Shown: positions 37,517 through 49,613 of the stretch, piece after piece
Layout: each line of letters starts with the position of its first letter
Position numbering within the stretch: position 1 is the first letter of the stretch
Assembly: GCF_006345805.1 (NCBI RefSeq)
Contig: NC_043000.1
Location: 105,958,001 to 106,022,000 of the forward strand
Direction: 5' to 3'
Length of the DNA: 64,000 nucleotides
Origin: Octopus sinensis
Taxonomy: Eukaryota
Position numbers and translations under genes: made by a program
The notes under the pieces: generated by a model
Seen by the model: only the letters and a program-made list of their open reading frames with translations
Told to the model about the DNA's origin: nothing
The model's database searches: none

Positions 37517-37669
37517 ATTCCAATTGTCCTCCATAAAGAACCAGAACGAGATGACCATGGAAACCCTGTTGTTGGTACAGATGGCAAACAGAAATATCGA
37601 TGTGGTTTTCGTATCGGAGGGGGAATTGATCAAGACAACACAAAGAGCCCTCAGGGCTATCCAGACAAA
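37517..37669 (+). CDS. TAX1BP3: TAX1BP3-like coding exon 2 (IPIVLHKEPERDDHGNPVVGTDGKQKYRCGFRIGGGIDQDNTKSPQGYPDK)
   Basis: Acceptor ttattctag|ATT, donor AAA|gtgagt, 153 nt open. Contains the TIP-1-diagnostic GFxIGGGIDQD carboxylate-binding loop. Confidence 0.95.
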
Positions 37670-39199
37670 GTGAGTATCATTTCAGTCTCCAGGTGATGTA
37701 TACTTTCAATTTTTTGTATTCATTGGGTTTCTGTAATCATTAGTTGTTATAGTTGTCTTTCTTTTTCTGTAAAACTGTCAGAAAAGATGGGGCAGTGACC
37801 ATGCCCTTTGCATGTTTCACCCTAAACTGTTGAGATTAATATGGCTGATGTACAGACCCTCCTAGATTTCTGAGATTAATGTGACTGATATACAGACCCT
37901 CTCACATTGGTAATATTGATGTGGTTGATGTACAGGCCCTCTCTGATTACTATTAGATGGCTGGAAGTTGAAAGAATCATAAAAATTGTATATTCTGCAT
38001 TATTTTCATTTAAGAAAACCTTCCAGTTCTTCTGGGTAAAGCTGTAATTGAGATCAACAGATAGATGTAAAAATTGAATATTAAAATGTTATTTTCTTGT
38101 CAGTCACAATAATATATGATGTTTAAAATTTCCCTCCGCTAAACACTTTACATTTCTCTCTCTCTTTTTCTATCTACCTCTTACTTCAAACCTTTTAACT
38201 ATGTAATTCCCCTTTCCACATCCTTATCATTTCTCTCTTTCTGTTCACCTCTCACTTCCACTAACCACATTGACTGGCATAGCATCATTACTCTCTTTCT
38301 CTTTATCTGCCTGACTTTTAATATAACTGCCCTCATCTCTCTATCTGTATTTCTTTAAATATACCACCAAATATCTTACCTCTGCTAAACATTGTATTTC
38401 TAACACTCTTTCTCTATATAACTTCCTTCAACTAACTTTTTAACCATGTAGTAACTATTCCTTTCCCACCTACCTCACGTCATTAACACTTTTATCTCTT
38501 CTTCTCCCTTCAAGTAACCACATGACAGCATAACTCATTTGGCCTTAGTGTATCAATATATAGATAATATGATATAATAATAATGATGATGAGGATAACA
38601 ACAACAATACTAATAATAACAATATTAACAACAATAACACCATAAGTATACACACATATATACAGCACACACTTGTACCCCTTCTTCTGCATATATATAT
38701 ATTTTACATATTATTCTTTAACAAGAATAGTATTAACTATGATTTCAAAGTTTTGCCCAGCTAAGCCAATATTGAACTGTAAATCATTTAAGTTCATCTT
38801 GGCTTTATGTAGTCTTAAAATGTTCTAGAGTAAGCTGAGTTCTATTGAATGATAATTAGGCTGCATGTTAGGTTGTATGTAAGATAGTATGGAGAATTTT
38901 TATTGATTAGATTTAGGGAAGTGCTAATGGTTAGAATTTATTCATGCACGTATAGCTTTGTAATTAAATGTGTATGTTTAGGTGTGTTATCTTCAGGTCA
39001 ATGGGTTCCACAAAAGAATGTAGTAAGATTGTTAGTCAACAGAACTGTCAAATGGTTTGGTTGTTGTTGGTTTTATTTAGATATTAAAGGGATGTTTACC
39101 TTTTGTTTTGAGAATGTGAAGGTTAAATCCTGGAGTTCAGTGCAATGTTTTAACCTTAGTAGTTAGGTATGTTCTTGGTATGTTAGCTTTTAGAGGATT

Positions 39200-39580
39200 G
39201 GTATTTAAGGTTTCATATCTGGCTCTGAAGAGAAAGGCTAGTTTTTGAGATGTGATATTTACTATGCTAAGGACATGCTTTCATCAAAAGAAATTCTCAG
39301 TGACAGTGAGGCCCGGCAATTTGGAATGATTTTGAGGGCTCTAGTTGAAGAGGGTGTGTGCAGTGGATTTTCTTGATATGAGTAACACTTGAGTATTTTT
39401 GTTGTTGAGGCAAGTTGATATGGCTCCCTCTGGGGGATGCTCTCAAGGTCTCTTTTACTGGATTTAGCTATGCATGAAGTGACACAAGGATTGATTATTG
39501 AGGATAATAGGAGAAACACTAAATCTCTTCTCAAGTGCTTTTCTCCTAGTTCATGTGGCATGTGTATTTTTGGTTTATAT
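39200..39580 (-). mobile_element. Possible highly degenerate I/Nimb-clade LINE post-RT remnant
   Basis: QLASTTKILKCYSYQENPLH loosely resembles the QLxLxYxxKxxSxPxNPxH stretch of I-group elements. Weak. Confidence 0.3.
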
Positions 39581-42195
39581 AAACAATGTAACCTTTAAAG
39601 ATGACGCTTATAAAATAGGAAAATGTGGAAGGAAAGTGAAACAGTGAAGAAAATTTTAAATAGTTATAAGAAAGATTGAAAATAGTGAACAAATTTTAAA
39701 ACATTTAATAACTTTTAAACATTTACAACAGAAATTGAAAAGTATAAAATAATGAAATGTGAAAGAGCTTTGAGTTTTTCTTGCTATATATAGAAAATAT
39801 CTCCTTCATTTCTTATAAATTACTATTGCTATAGCAATATTGTCATGACAGTAAAAGTTAGACAGGCAAGTAAAAATTAGAAAAGGGAGTGGTCAATGTG
39901 AATGAAAGCTGTAGAGTAAGCTTTGGGATTTGAGCAAATTTGTTGTTCGAACTGTAAAAGTAAAATTTGTATTAAACTATATTAAAATTTAAATTTTGTA
40001 AGATTATTTTAGATTACACCCAAAAGTTTATGTTGCATTCAACATATACAAGATTTTTTGGCATATAGTACATGGTTGTTTGACCTGCTATAGACAATAT
40101 CCAAATCTCTCTCAAACTACATGCTATTGTCATTAAAAAAAAATGGATAACGTAGTCTGGGGCATATGGATGTAATAGCTTGAATACTTTTGATTATATA
40201 GGTTAGATTGGTCTGGCTGTCCTGTGCTTAAGCAAGATCATGACAATAGATAATGGAACTTAAGCTATTTATGATGGTAATGATTTTGATGATTTTTTTT
40301 TCCAACATGCATATATAATTGTATCATTGTCATAAAAATTGGACTGTTTAGATTCTGGTTTTAGCTACTTCTCAAACTAGTTGTACTGGAATTTGATTAA
40401 GATAGAGATAGTGAGAGAAAGTGTATGTCTATTGTTATGGGAGGCTCAGCAAGCATTCTGTACACATTCCTCTTGCAATGTTTAACAATGTGTCTTCTAT
40501 TTACTCTTTGTATGTGTTTCAGTACAATTAGATTTACTATAAGTAGCCATAACATTTAGCTGTGATTACATTTAATATTGAGACTTGACTATATTGTTAG
40601 TACAAAGATCTGTTTTCAGGTCATTTGGGTAACTTTTGTATAGGCTTTTTCTGAAATAATCTGGTTTCTCCTAGGTCATTTTGTTATGTCTCTAGCACAT
40701 TTTCTTCAAACATTGACTTAGAAATATTTAAATTGAACATCAACTTTTATCAATATTACTAATTCCAGGTCATAGCTGTCATTTTGCTTCTGATTTACTC
40801 AATTTTAACAAAGACAGCTGGTTAAAAATTAAAATTTGCCATAACCACCCAACCACAGATGCAGATAAACCAATGAAGGTGAAAATAGCAGTCAATTTTC
40901 ACTTAAACCAGACCCTGCTGACCTTAAAAGGCACATTGATAAATGTAGTCTAGGGTAAATTCTGTTTGGAAAAAATATGGGACGGTTATTGCATGATTGT
41001 CTTTGGTCATAGATCTGCTCGTTTGGGAATGGCTGAGATGATGGTGATGAATTAAACAAACACAAAAGAAAATTATGTAGTGGTTAACTGTTAAGTAAAT
41101 AAGTTCAGACCTTGCTACATTTTTTTGTTTCCATACCGCTAAAGAAAACACATTATTTTTGGACATCTTAACTGAATTTGTGTCATTTCCATTTGTTAGT
41201 CAGGAACGAACATCAAACTGTGATATGATACAGCCATTGAGGGAGCCTCTCTGTAACCAAGGACATATAAGACAATGTAGTCTGAAGTACACTGCATTTG
41301 AATAAGGCTGCTACAATACTTTTGATCATAGGTCTGCAAAATCAGGGCTGACTCAGTGTTAAACAAGAACTCAATAATACTTCTCTCATCTTATTTTAAC
41401 TATTTTCCTATTCTGGCATGAGTTGAACAGGGCAGTATACATCTCAGTTCTCTGTTATCTCCTCTGTGGTCAGATGTTTTCAAATTTGAACTAATTATTT
41501 TACTAAATTTTTTTTGTCCACCTCTTCATTAATTACTATCAATTTGCAACACATTTTTTTTCCAACTTATATAATCCACTTATATAAAGGCAACACTTGA
41601 AGGCAACACTTTTGTTGTTTCTGACGATATGATAAAAAAAATAGTCAAAACTTGACACAGTTATCAAGGAGCTTCTTTTGCCTAGCTCTTCTTTGGTAAG
41701 CAGAAAGGTAAATCTTGAGCATTTGAGAGAGACAACTAGGTATAGAAGTTGCCAAGAGAATCAGCAATGCTGGATACAATGTCTTAAAGGAGTTGTGTTC
41801 CATTTGTAAGTTTGCTGGATGGCCATTGACTACTTGAATCCATTCACTTTCCCTCCACACACCAGGATGAGACCCTAGAGTGACATTGTTGGTTTAGTTG
41901 TCTATTACCTAATTCTGAAACAGATAGTACTGTTTGATATAGTTACCAGTTGCAGATAATTTTTAAATAGTTTTTCTTTTTTTAAATTTAACTTGAGCAT
42001 ACTCTTGCATTACACTCCTTGATAACAGTTTAATCAAGTTTCTTATCTACAATTTAAGTAGCACTACCACATTTCTTTTTTTTCCTCACATTCAAATAAA
42101 GGGCAAGGTCTGAAACTCTACACTCATCATGAAAACTGAATTTATCAAACTCTTACTGATTTGTTGTTGATACAGTTTCCTCATAGTCTGGATTT

Positions 42196-43314
42196 GGTTA
42201 ATGTTGACATTATTACCCAGAAACGAAAAAAAAAAAAAAAAAAAGGTGTAGGAAATGAATATGCAAACAAAAATGTGCAGAAAGCAACAGGTGGGTGTGA
42301 AGAGGGCTTTGGAAAATTAACAAGATCCGAGTTTTTCCCTCCTAACTTTTAGGAAAATGGTTTTTTTTAAATGAAATTTTATATAAATACCTTTCAAACG
42401 GTATACATTACGATTATAACGAAATTTGTGGGTAAAATCTTTTCTGAAGAGGTAGGTAGAGGACTTCGGAAAATTCACAAGATCTGATTTTTTCCATCAT
42501 AACTTTAAGGAAAATGGATATCTTTTATGAAATTGTATATTAATACTTTTCAAACGACATGCATTATGGATGCCTAATGTGCCGTAAACTCCTTATTTTT
42601 GTTTGGAAAAAAGTGGGGGGTACCCCATAAATGAGTTTTTGAAGTAAAACTGCATTAGCCACTTTTCTTTACCCATATTTTAAGATAACATTTTGCAGAA
42701 ATACGTTTTCTAGAGTGTGGATTACATTAGAGTGAAAATTCAAACAAGTTTGAAAAGAAGAATAAATGAAAATGTTGAAGTTATAAAAATTAGTGGTAAT
42801 AAAGTCTGAACTGGAGAGAGAAAGAATGATACAAAATCCTTACAAAAACCATGTTAATGTTTGTGTGTGTGAAACAAGTAAAATTATAATATTAAAACTA
42901 AATTTCTTTTTCATACCTCTTAAAAATCACTGGATATATTAATCCCAGATTGAAGATTGTGGCATATTAGGTCACCGTAATTCATTCTTCGAAGAAAAGA
43001 AAAACATTTTCTAATAATTCCGGTTTCTCCCCACTTTTTTCCAAACAGAAATAAGGGGTTTGTGGCACATTAGGCATCCGTAATGCATGCCATTTGAAAG
43101 GTATTTATATAAAATTTCATTTAAAAAAAACCCATTTTCCTAAAAGTTATGAGGGAAAAACTTGGATCTTGTGAATTTTCTGAAATCCTCCCCCTTCCTG
43201 TTGCTTTCTGTGCGTTTTTGTTTTCATATTCATTTTCTACACCTTTTTTTTTCACACCTGTTGCACTATTTTTTTTTTCAATTTCATTTCCGGATAATTA
43301 TGTCAACATTAACC
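42196..43314. mobile_element. Non-autonomous foldback element with long modular TIRs (Merlin-like), 1119 bp
   Basis: Perfect 8-bp TSD CTGGATTT (42188-42195 and 43315-43322). Termini GGTTAATGTTGACAT...ATGTCAACATTAACC. The inverted arms extend several hundred bp, with one module duplicated on the left arm. Confidence 0.85.
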
Positions 43315-43470
43315 CTGGATTTTACTCTTTCCTGCATACATCTGCCAAATCTTTTCATAGATATTTTTTTATCAGATAGCATTGTAAAGTTGACAGACCA
43401 GACTCAGTTTATTCCTGTTGACTCTTTCTATATTTATTTCAGTATCACACTTGATACAATTTATGTAGTA

Positions 43471-43853
43471 CTAGCAGTATCGCCCGGCGTTGCTCGAGTT
43501 TGTAAGGGAAATAACTATAAAGCATTTTTAGAGAGTTATAGCCAAAAAATAGCAAAAAGATGGAAAAAAAATTATGGTTAATTTTTTTGAGAGTTAAAAA
43601 GGTCGAGTTGCGTCCCCTAGACAGTCTGTGGTTTGTGTTTCTGATTCTCGACCCCATGTCGAATTTATCGATTCTTTTCAGAACTGGGGGAACTTTTCAA
43701 AATTTTCGCTGCGTTAGTTTTGAATTATGACATTGGGCTATGTGTGTGTCAAGTTTCATCAGAATCGGTTGAAAGCCGTGGTCAGGGTGAGGGTACAAGC
43801 AAACAGACACACAGACATGCAGACAGACAAACTGCCGTTTATATAGAGAGAGA
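43471..43853 (-). mobile_element. Non-autonomous Helitron (383 bp)
   Basis: On the - strand it reads A|TCTCTCTCTATATAAACGGCAG ... CGAGCAACGCCGGGCGATACTGCTAG|T: 5' TC, 3' hairpin plus CTAG, inserted in an AT target with no TSD. Confidence 0.92.
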
Positions 43854-44721
43854 TGTTCCTCTCCTATGAAGAAGAATATTATATTAACAGTTCTGTATTC
43901 TTTCCAATCTCAGCTGCTATTTTCTCCCTAGCTTTCCCCTTCAGCACTAATTACATAATTTAAATAATAGAAACTCTTTCAGCGAGCCTGCTGAGCAGCT
44001 CATGGCTTTCAGTTCTCATCTGTCCATGCTGTTAGTTACTTTATGCATCTGATTCATCTGAAGCTTGGCTTCCCTGCCAGTCTACCAGAGATTCATTTAT
44101 ATCTGTTGCTTGTAATCTATTGTTCATAATTTGATTTCTGACCTGAGCAATGTTTATTGTCTCTTTAAACAAGATGCTTCACTTCACCTTACTCCATTGT
44201 ACTTAGTTGAAAAGAATATCAGGCTAGTGCTGGTGTAGCCTTCTGTCCTTGATGTTCTTGGTCAAGGGCTGGAGGGCCAAGAGGGTATCTATTTTCTCTT
44301 GTGATTACATTGACATCTAAAACAATAAGCAAAAATATGGTACATTTTACCAGGTCATTACTCATGTGTGAATCACAGCTATTTTTTTTTTTTTCCTTTT
44401 TTTGTAAAGAAAACACAATACTGAGTATTAGTGTAATTTTTTTCTAAATATTAAGTCAGGCAACTTTGTTTTTTTTACTACCATGCTTTGAACTTCTGCA
44501 GATCTTTAGTTAATTTTGATTGTTGTTATTACTTAGTTCCAGGTGAGCCATGATCTAGCAGACCTATGACTAAAGCTGTTCCAACTGTGACCACCTTGTT
44601 TTTTCAGACATAGGCTATTCTGAATTACGCCATGCAAAATGTTTCTCCATTTTTTTCAAGATGTTTGTAATTTGAAGGGCTTTTGGCTGCTATTTCCAGC
44701 TAGTCAAGCACTCATGTAGAA

Positions 44722-44867
44722 CAGCCATGGGCAAACTGTGGCCCACAAGACTTCTTGAATGGCATGGCCAATGAAAAATTACCTTGAATTATTTTAGTAG
44801 TGCAGCCCACCTGATAATGAGCTACGTCTTGTGTGGTCCACTTCTTGAAAAGGGTTGCCCATGACTG
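44722..44867. mobile_element. hAT-type MITE (same family as 2359-2510)
   Basis: CAGCCATGGGCAAAC...GGGTTGCCCATGACTG. Confidence 0.65.
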
Positions 44868-45344
44868 ACGAAGAAACGATTTTGACATATTTTGCATATT
44901 ATTAGAGTAACTATCGAATGCATTCCCTTGAGTTAATTGTTGCCATTGTGAAATGATAGTGTTCTCATTACCCAGTGTGGTTGAGATATTAGTTTTTGGA
45001 ATAATATTGGAAGGTCACACATATGTAAAATAATTGAGAAACTATGATTAGCCGAAATTATCCATGTAATTAATTCACAAAAATTCTCTGCTTCTTTTTC
45101 AGATTTAAGATATCCTTAGATGTTTTTGTAATGATAATCTGATTTTTTTAAAATTGCAATTTGAACAAATGCTCTTTTTTTTTTTTCATGCAGCAGAATG
45201 TGAACTAAAAATCTTTCAATTATTGTTCTTCATTGTAAATTAACTAATTCCTGTTGCTTTTTTCCTTAATTTTTTGTTCCTTTAAATTTTCACTATTGTG
45301 TGTACATGAGAGTAAAAATATATAGGATCCTGTTGTGATTTCAG

Positions 45345-45422
45345 GGTATATATGTGACGTATATTCATGAAAATGGTCCTGCTGCACGAACTGGGCTTCA
45401 GGTTCATGACAAAATACTTCAG
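45345..45422 (+). CDS. TAX1BP3: TAX1BP3-like coding exon 3 (GIYVTYIHENGPAARTGLQVHDKILQ)
   Basis: Acceptor gtgatttcag|GGT, donor CAG|gtgagt, 78 nt, phase 0. PDZ core pattern GIYVTxxxxxGPAxxxGLQxxDKIxQ. Confidence 0.95.
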
Positions 45423-45891
45423 GTGAGTGAATTTAGTTTATTACTTAAATTAATTTTCTTTAAACTGTAGAAAATACCATTGAAAATATACTAGGCTACT
45501 GTTCAGGATACACCATGCTTCATTCATTGCACAGTGGTCTTAATGTACAGTGATTATAGAATACTAATGTTTCAGTTATCAGGAGATATTCAAATACCTG
45601 TTCTTTTCCTTTATCTAAAACTGAATCTTGTAAATGAGACATTAGGACAGGATTACACATTTTTTTATCAGTTGTGTACATTTATTTACTGATTCATTCA
45701 CAGCTACTTATTAAGTGAAAGTTGTGTTTCGTTGATGAAGTCAGATTAAGAGTGAAACATTTTCAGAATTATCTCTCTCTCTTACTAAAAAAAAAAAAAT
45801 TGAAAATAATGTTAGTAATTGACTTGTATTGTTTTTCCTTCACCACATATTTATATTTCTTGTTTAACTTTTAAAACTTACAATGATTTAA

Positions 45892-46111
45892 TCTTTTAGC
45901 ATTCAGTTTACTCTGTCAAATGTAATGCTTATTTATTCATATTATTTTGAATTAGTCATGCATTATCTTGTAACTTTGAGATTTTGATGATGTTATTTGT
46001 TATTTTTAGAAAGGCATTGTAGGGTAGGTGTGAGAGGCATGATCTAGCCAGTTTTGACATAAAACAAATAGAATATTTAGGCCAGATCTGGCTGGTTTGA
46101 TTGTGAAAGGG
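45892..46111. mobile_element. piggyBac-type MITE in TAX1BP3 intron 3
   Basis: TTAA|TCTTTTAGCATTCAG...GTGAAAGGG|TTAG. The body is the reverse complement of the 1611 and 7476 copies. Confidence 0.6.
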
Positions 46112-46562
46112 TTAGCTCTTTCTTACCTTTAGGAAGTTCTCAGTAGACAGAACCATTACCACTGATTAAGTTCCTATCTTTGCTGTGGATACAACCAGTA
46201 TCTTGCTACATATAAACTGGGAAACATGACTGTTAAAATATTGAGTGTATTTTATATAACTAACATGGAAGTGTCTGCAGCATGCTCCCACACTGCACTG
46301 AAGCATGATCTGTTTGGTATGCAGTGCCTAGGATTCACTTCTGAAACTCAATAGCCTACCAGTGCTGTATGGCTGTTGACAAGAATTCAGTTGGATTACT
46401 TGATTACAATTACAACTATCATTCAAATTCTGTGGTTTATATAAACCTACCCCTCCTTTGTAAAGTGTGAAAAATAACAATCTTTTTACTAACTGTGCAT
46501 GTGTATGAATAATGTAATGAATTTCCATATATATATGAACTTTGTGTCTATGTTTTTTCCAG

Positions 46563-46763
46563 GTGAATGGTCATGACATGACTGTAGCCACACACAAAAA
46601 GGCTGTAGAATACATCCAACGGAAGCCAGTTCTAAATATGTTAGTTTACCGTAAAGGTGTGCCTCCACTACAGAAATCTCCTAGCCAGCAGCAAACACAG
46701 TTCCAGGCATACAACCAACAAGACTATTCACCGCAGGCACAGTATCAACAGCGGCAGTACTAA
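46563..46763 (+). CDS. TAX1BP3: TAX1BP3-like last coding exon (VNGHDMTVATHKKAVEYIQRKPVLNMLVYRKGVPPLQKSPSQQQTQFQAYNQQDYSPQAQYQQRQY*)
   Basis: Acceptor tgttttttccag|GTG. VNGxDMTxxTHxxA completes the PDZ domain. TAA at 46761-46763. Corresponds to ORF-track 46542..46763 minus its intronic start. Confidence 0.95.
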   Translation: MNGHDMTVATHKKAVEYIQRKPVLNMLVYRKGVPPLQKSPSQQQTQFQAYNQQDYSPQAQYQQRQY

Positions 46764-47108
46764 TCATCTCATTGCACATTCTCTGTCTCTCACTTCTTGC
46801 TCTCTCTTCAACATACATCACTTTACATCATTATCATTTTCATCTGATTAATTTTTATCAGATGCCAACACCATTTTTTTCTCACAACAAAAATATCTCA
46901 TATTCTTTTTCCGTTATTTTTTTCTATTTTTTCTTCAACTTATAAACACAAATTGTAAATGAATGTATGTGTGTATGTATGTGAACTGGCTCCATTTCTT
47001 TGTTGGAACAACTTCAATGCTATGAAGATTGCAGCACGTGTTTCCTTTCTGCTCTGTATGTTAGGCTTTATGCCTCAATAAGAAATCCTATTATTTTATT
47101 TGTGTCTG

Positions 47109-47180
<72 letters not shown>

Positions 47181-47619
47181 TATTTTCATTGTTTAAATCT
47201 TTTTGTGTCTCTTTGTTATTTTGCCCTTTTTTCTTAGAAATCTTGAATATATTATCTGAAAATCAGGTGCCATAATCATATTGTATAACAAAATAAAAAC
47301 AAACTACATTCATATTTTTATCACCATTTAATTGTGAGTTTGTGAATCTTGAACTGTTTCTAAAAATAGAAATTTATTTAAGTAAATGATCTACCTTGTG
47401 TGTGTTGTGTTGTATTCATTTGAAGTTGGGGATTCATTTTGTTGCTATTCAGAGACTCTTCATTTGTTTGTTACTTGAAGGATTGCATGTAGCAAGAATC
47501 TATTGAACAGTAGTGGAGAGGATCCACAGCTTTGCATGAATAAGTAAGTTCTACTATATATATATATTGAATATGCTTTCTCTCACTTGTACATCCTTGT
47601 GTGTGTTGCGAGGTCAGGC

Positions 47620-48500
47620 AGCCGAATTAAGACAGTTTGTGTTTATATTTTGTGTATGTTTATTTGTTATAACATTAGAAAGGATATCATGTAATGTTAC
47701 AATTGACTGAATACAGATATGGAAAGCTGAGCATGCCTTCTAACATCATCCATAGACCTGAATGCCTTTCTAATGGCAGTCTTCAGCATAGTGACATTGC
47801 TGTGAGCTGTTGCATTGGACTTGTGCTCAATGATGCTCCATATCCAAAAATCATAACAATAAAGATCTGCCAAGCTAGACTTCCTTGGAGACAAATAGTG
47901 AAAGCTTCATCTTGAAATAATCCTGCACATGCTCTGATACAGGTCTTATTGCAGACTCTTGGGTGAACATAACCTCATTCAGATTAGAATGCCTAATAAT
48001 CAATGTCACTGGAACTCTATCAAGGATGTTTGACTATTCAGTCATGTTGATAAAATTTGCTTCGATAAAATGAGGTGGTATCACTTAGCTTTTGTTTGCA
48101 ATGGCTTACTCCCAACACCATCACTGGGGTAGGATCTTATTTTGTAAGACAGCAATAACTTCAGAAGGCTGAGAAGCAATAACCCTGCCATTGTGGTGAT
48201 TGATGACTTGTCTAACTATGAATTTGTTTTTGTTGACAAAGATCTTTACTTTCCTTCCCATATGATTCAGATAATTGAAAAGCTTTGGGGCTCTCTCAAC
48301 CCTAATAGCTTTAGAGCAGGCTGTGAGAATGCATCAATACCAGTAAACATTGACTTTATATTTAAGTAGCTTTTAACAGCGTTAACTATTGTCTTCCAGC
48401 TCACATTGTGGTCTTTGGCAAGCTGATAGTGACTTTTGTGGTCTTTGGCCATGCTGATAATGATTTTCTGTGATAGATCATTTCAAATCAGCCTGAAAGG
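47620..48500 (-). mobile_element. Degenerate maT/DD37D-like mariner transposase remnant
   Basis: Pieced-together - strand frames give KIFV..NKFIV..VINHHNGRVIA.QPSEV, VMVLG, IPPHFIEA, MFTQESA, and DL.CYDFWIWSIIEHKSNAT.H.NV..LKTAIRKAF. Confidence 0.78.
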
Positions 48501-48534
48501 TACAGGTACACTTGCAATAAAACGATAAACGTCT

Positions 48535-48825
48535 CCCTTTTCAAGCCTAGCCAGGCTCATGGGCCCAGTTTCCTGGTTTCTGTGGCGTATGTGCTCCCCC
48601 CAGCTGGATGGGATGGCAGTCCATCGCAGCATTACTCAAGAAACAGGAAGAGAGAGTGAGAGAAAGTTGTGGCGAAAGAGTACAACAGGGGTTGCCACCC
48701 CCCCCTGCCAGAGCCTTGTGGAGCTTTTAGGTGTTTTCGCTCAATAAACACACAACACCTGGTCTGGGAATTGAAACCTCGATCCTCCGACCGCGAGTCC
48801 ACTGCCCTAATCACTGAGCCTTTAG
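48535..48825 (-). mobile_element. tRNA-derived SINE (head as at 31740, different 3' region)
   Basis: The reverse complement begins GGCTCAGTGATTAGGGCAGTGGACTCGCGG...GGTTTCAATTCCC. Its 3' part contains CTGCGATGGACTGCCATCCCATCCAG. Confidence 0.75.
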
Positions 48826-49208
48826 TTTACTCAGAGTACAGTAAACTGTTCCATTTTCATACCTTGTATTGATAATGATGTCATGAAGGCTATGCTCAGC
48901 ATGGCTCATTTCAACAATAACATTTTGTAGCAGTGATTCCCTAACTTGAGTATAATCTATCACAATGTGTAATAAAAAAAAGAACGAAGTTAATATTTTA
49001 GACTTGTTACCTGTAAAATATTAGCTCTTAATTCATGGTATCATAATATTTTAAAAGTGGGTTCAATTTAGCTGCCTCTGTGTGTGTGTATTTGAATTTC
49101 AATCTGCGTTGTGAATAATCTGTGTAATAATAATTGTTGTTTACAGTTTTACACTTTGATGTTAGGAGCAGATTTATTTCAAACTGCTACCACTTACTAT
49201 TAATAGCA

Positions 49209-49255
<47 letters not shown>

Positions 49256-49575
49256 GTATTTATTAGGTGGGTGTCATAGTTTATAACTCATCCACTCTGT
49301 GATTTTCTAAATAATTTCTCATTTTTCATTTTTTTCTCCCATTTCTTTAAAAAAATTTTATGTACAGTGTTTCTGACTGATTCTATTGTTGTTTCCTGTT
49401 ATAACAATATGAAATATTTATAGATAAACCTTTTTGGCATCTGTGGAAATCAATTAAAACAAAGTAAAACATTATCAGCCGACTGTTCTAAGTCAGATTT
49501 GAAATCCTGCCGATCCAAATCCTCTATTTTATTTATATTTTTTTAAAATTTATTTTTTCATTATTACTATTTCTT

Positions 49576-49613
<38 letters not shown>

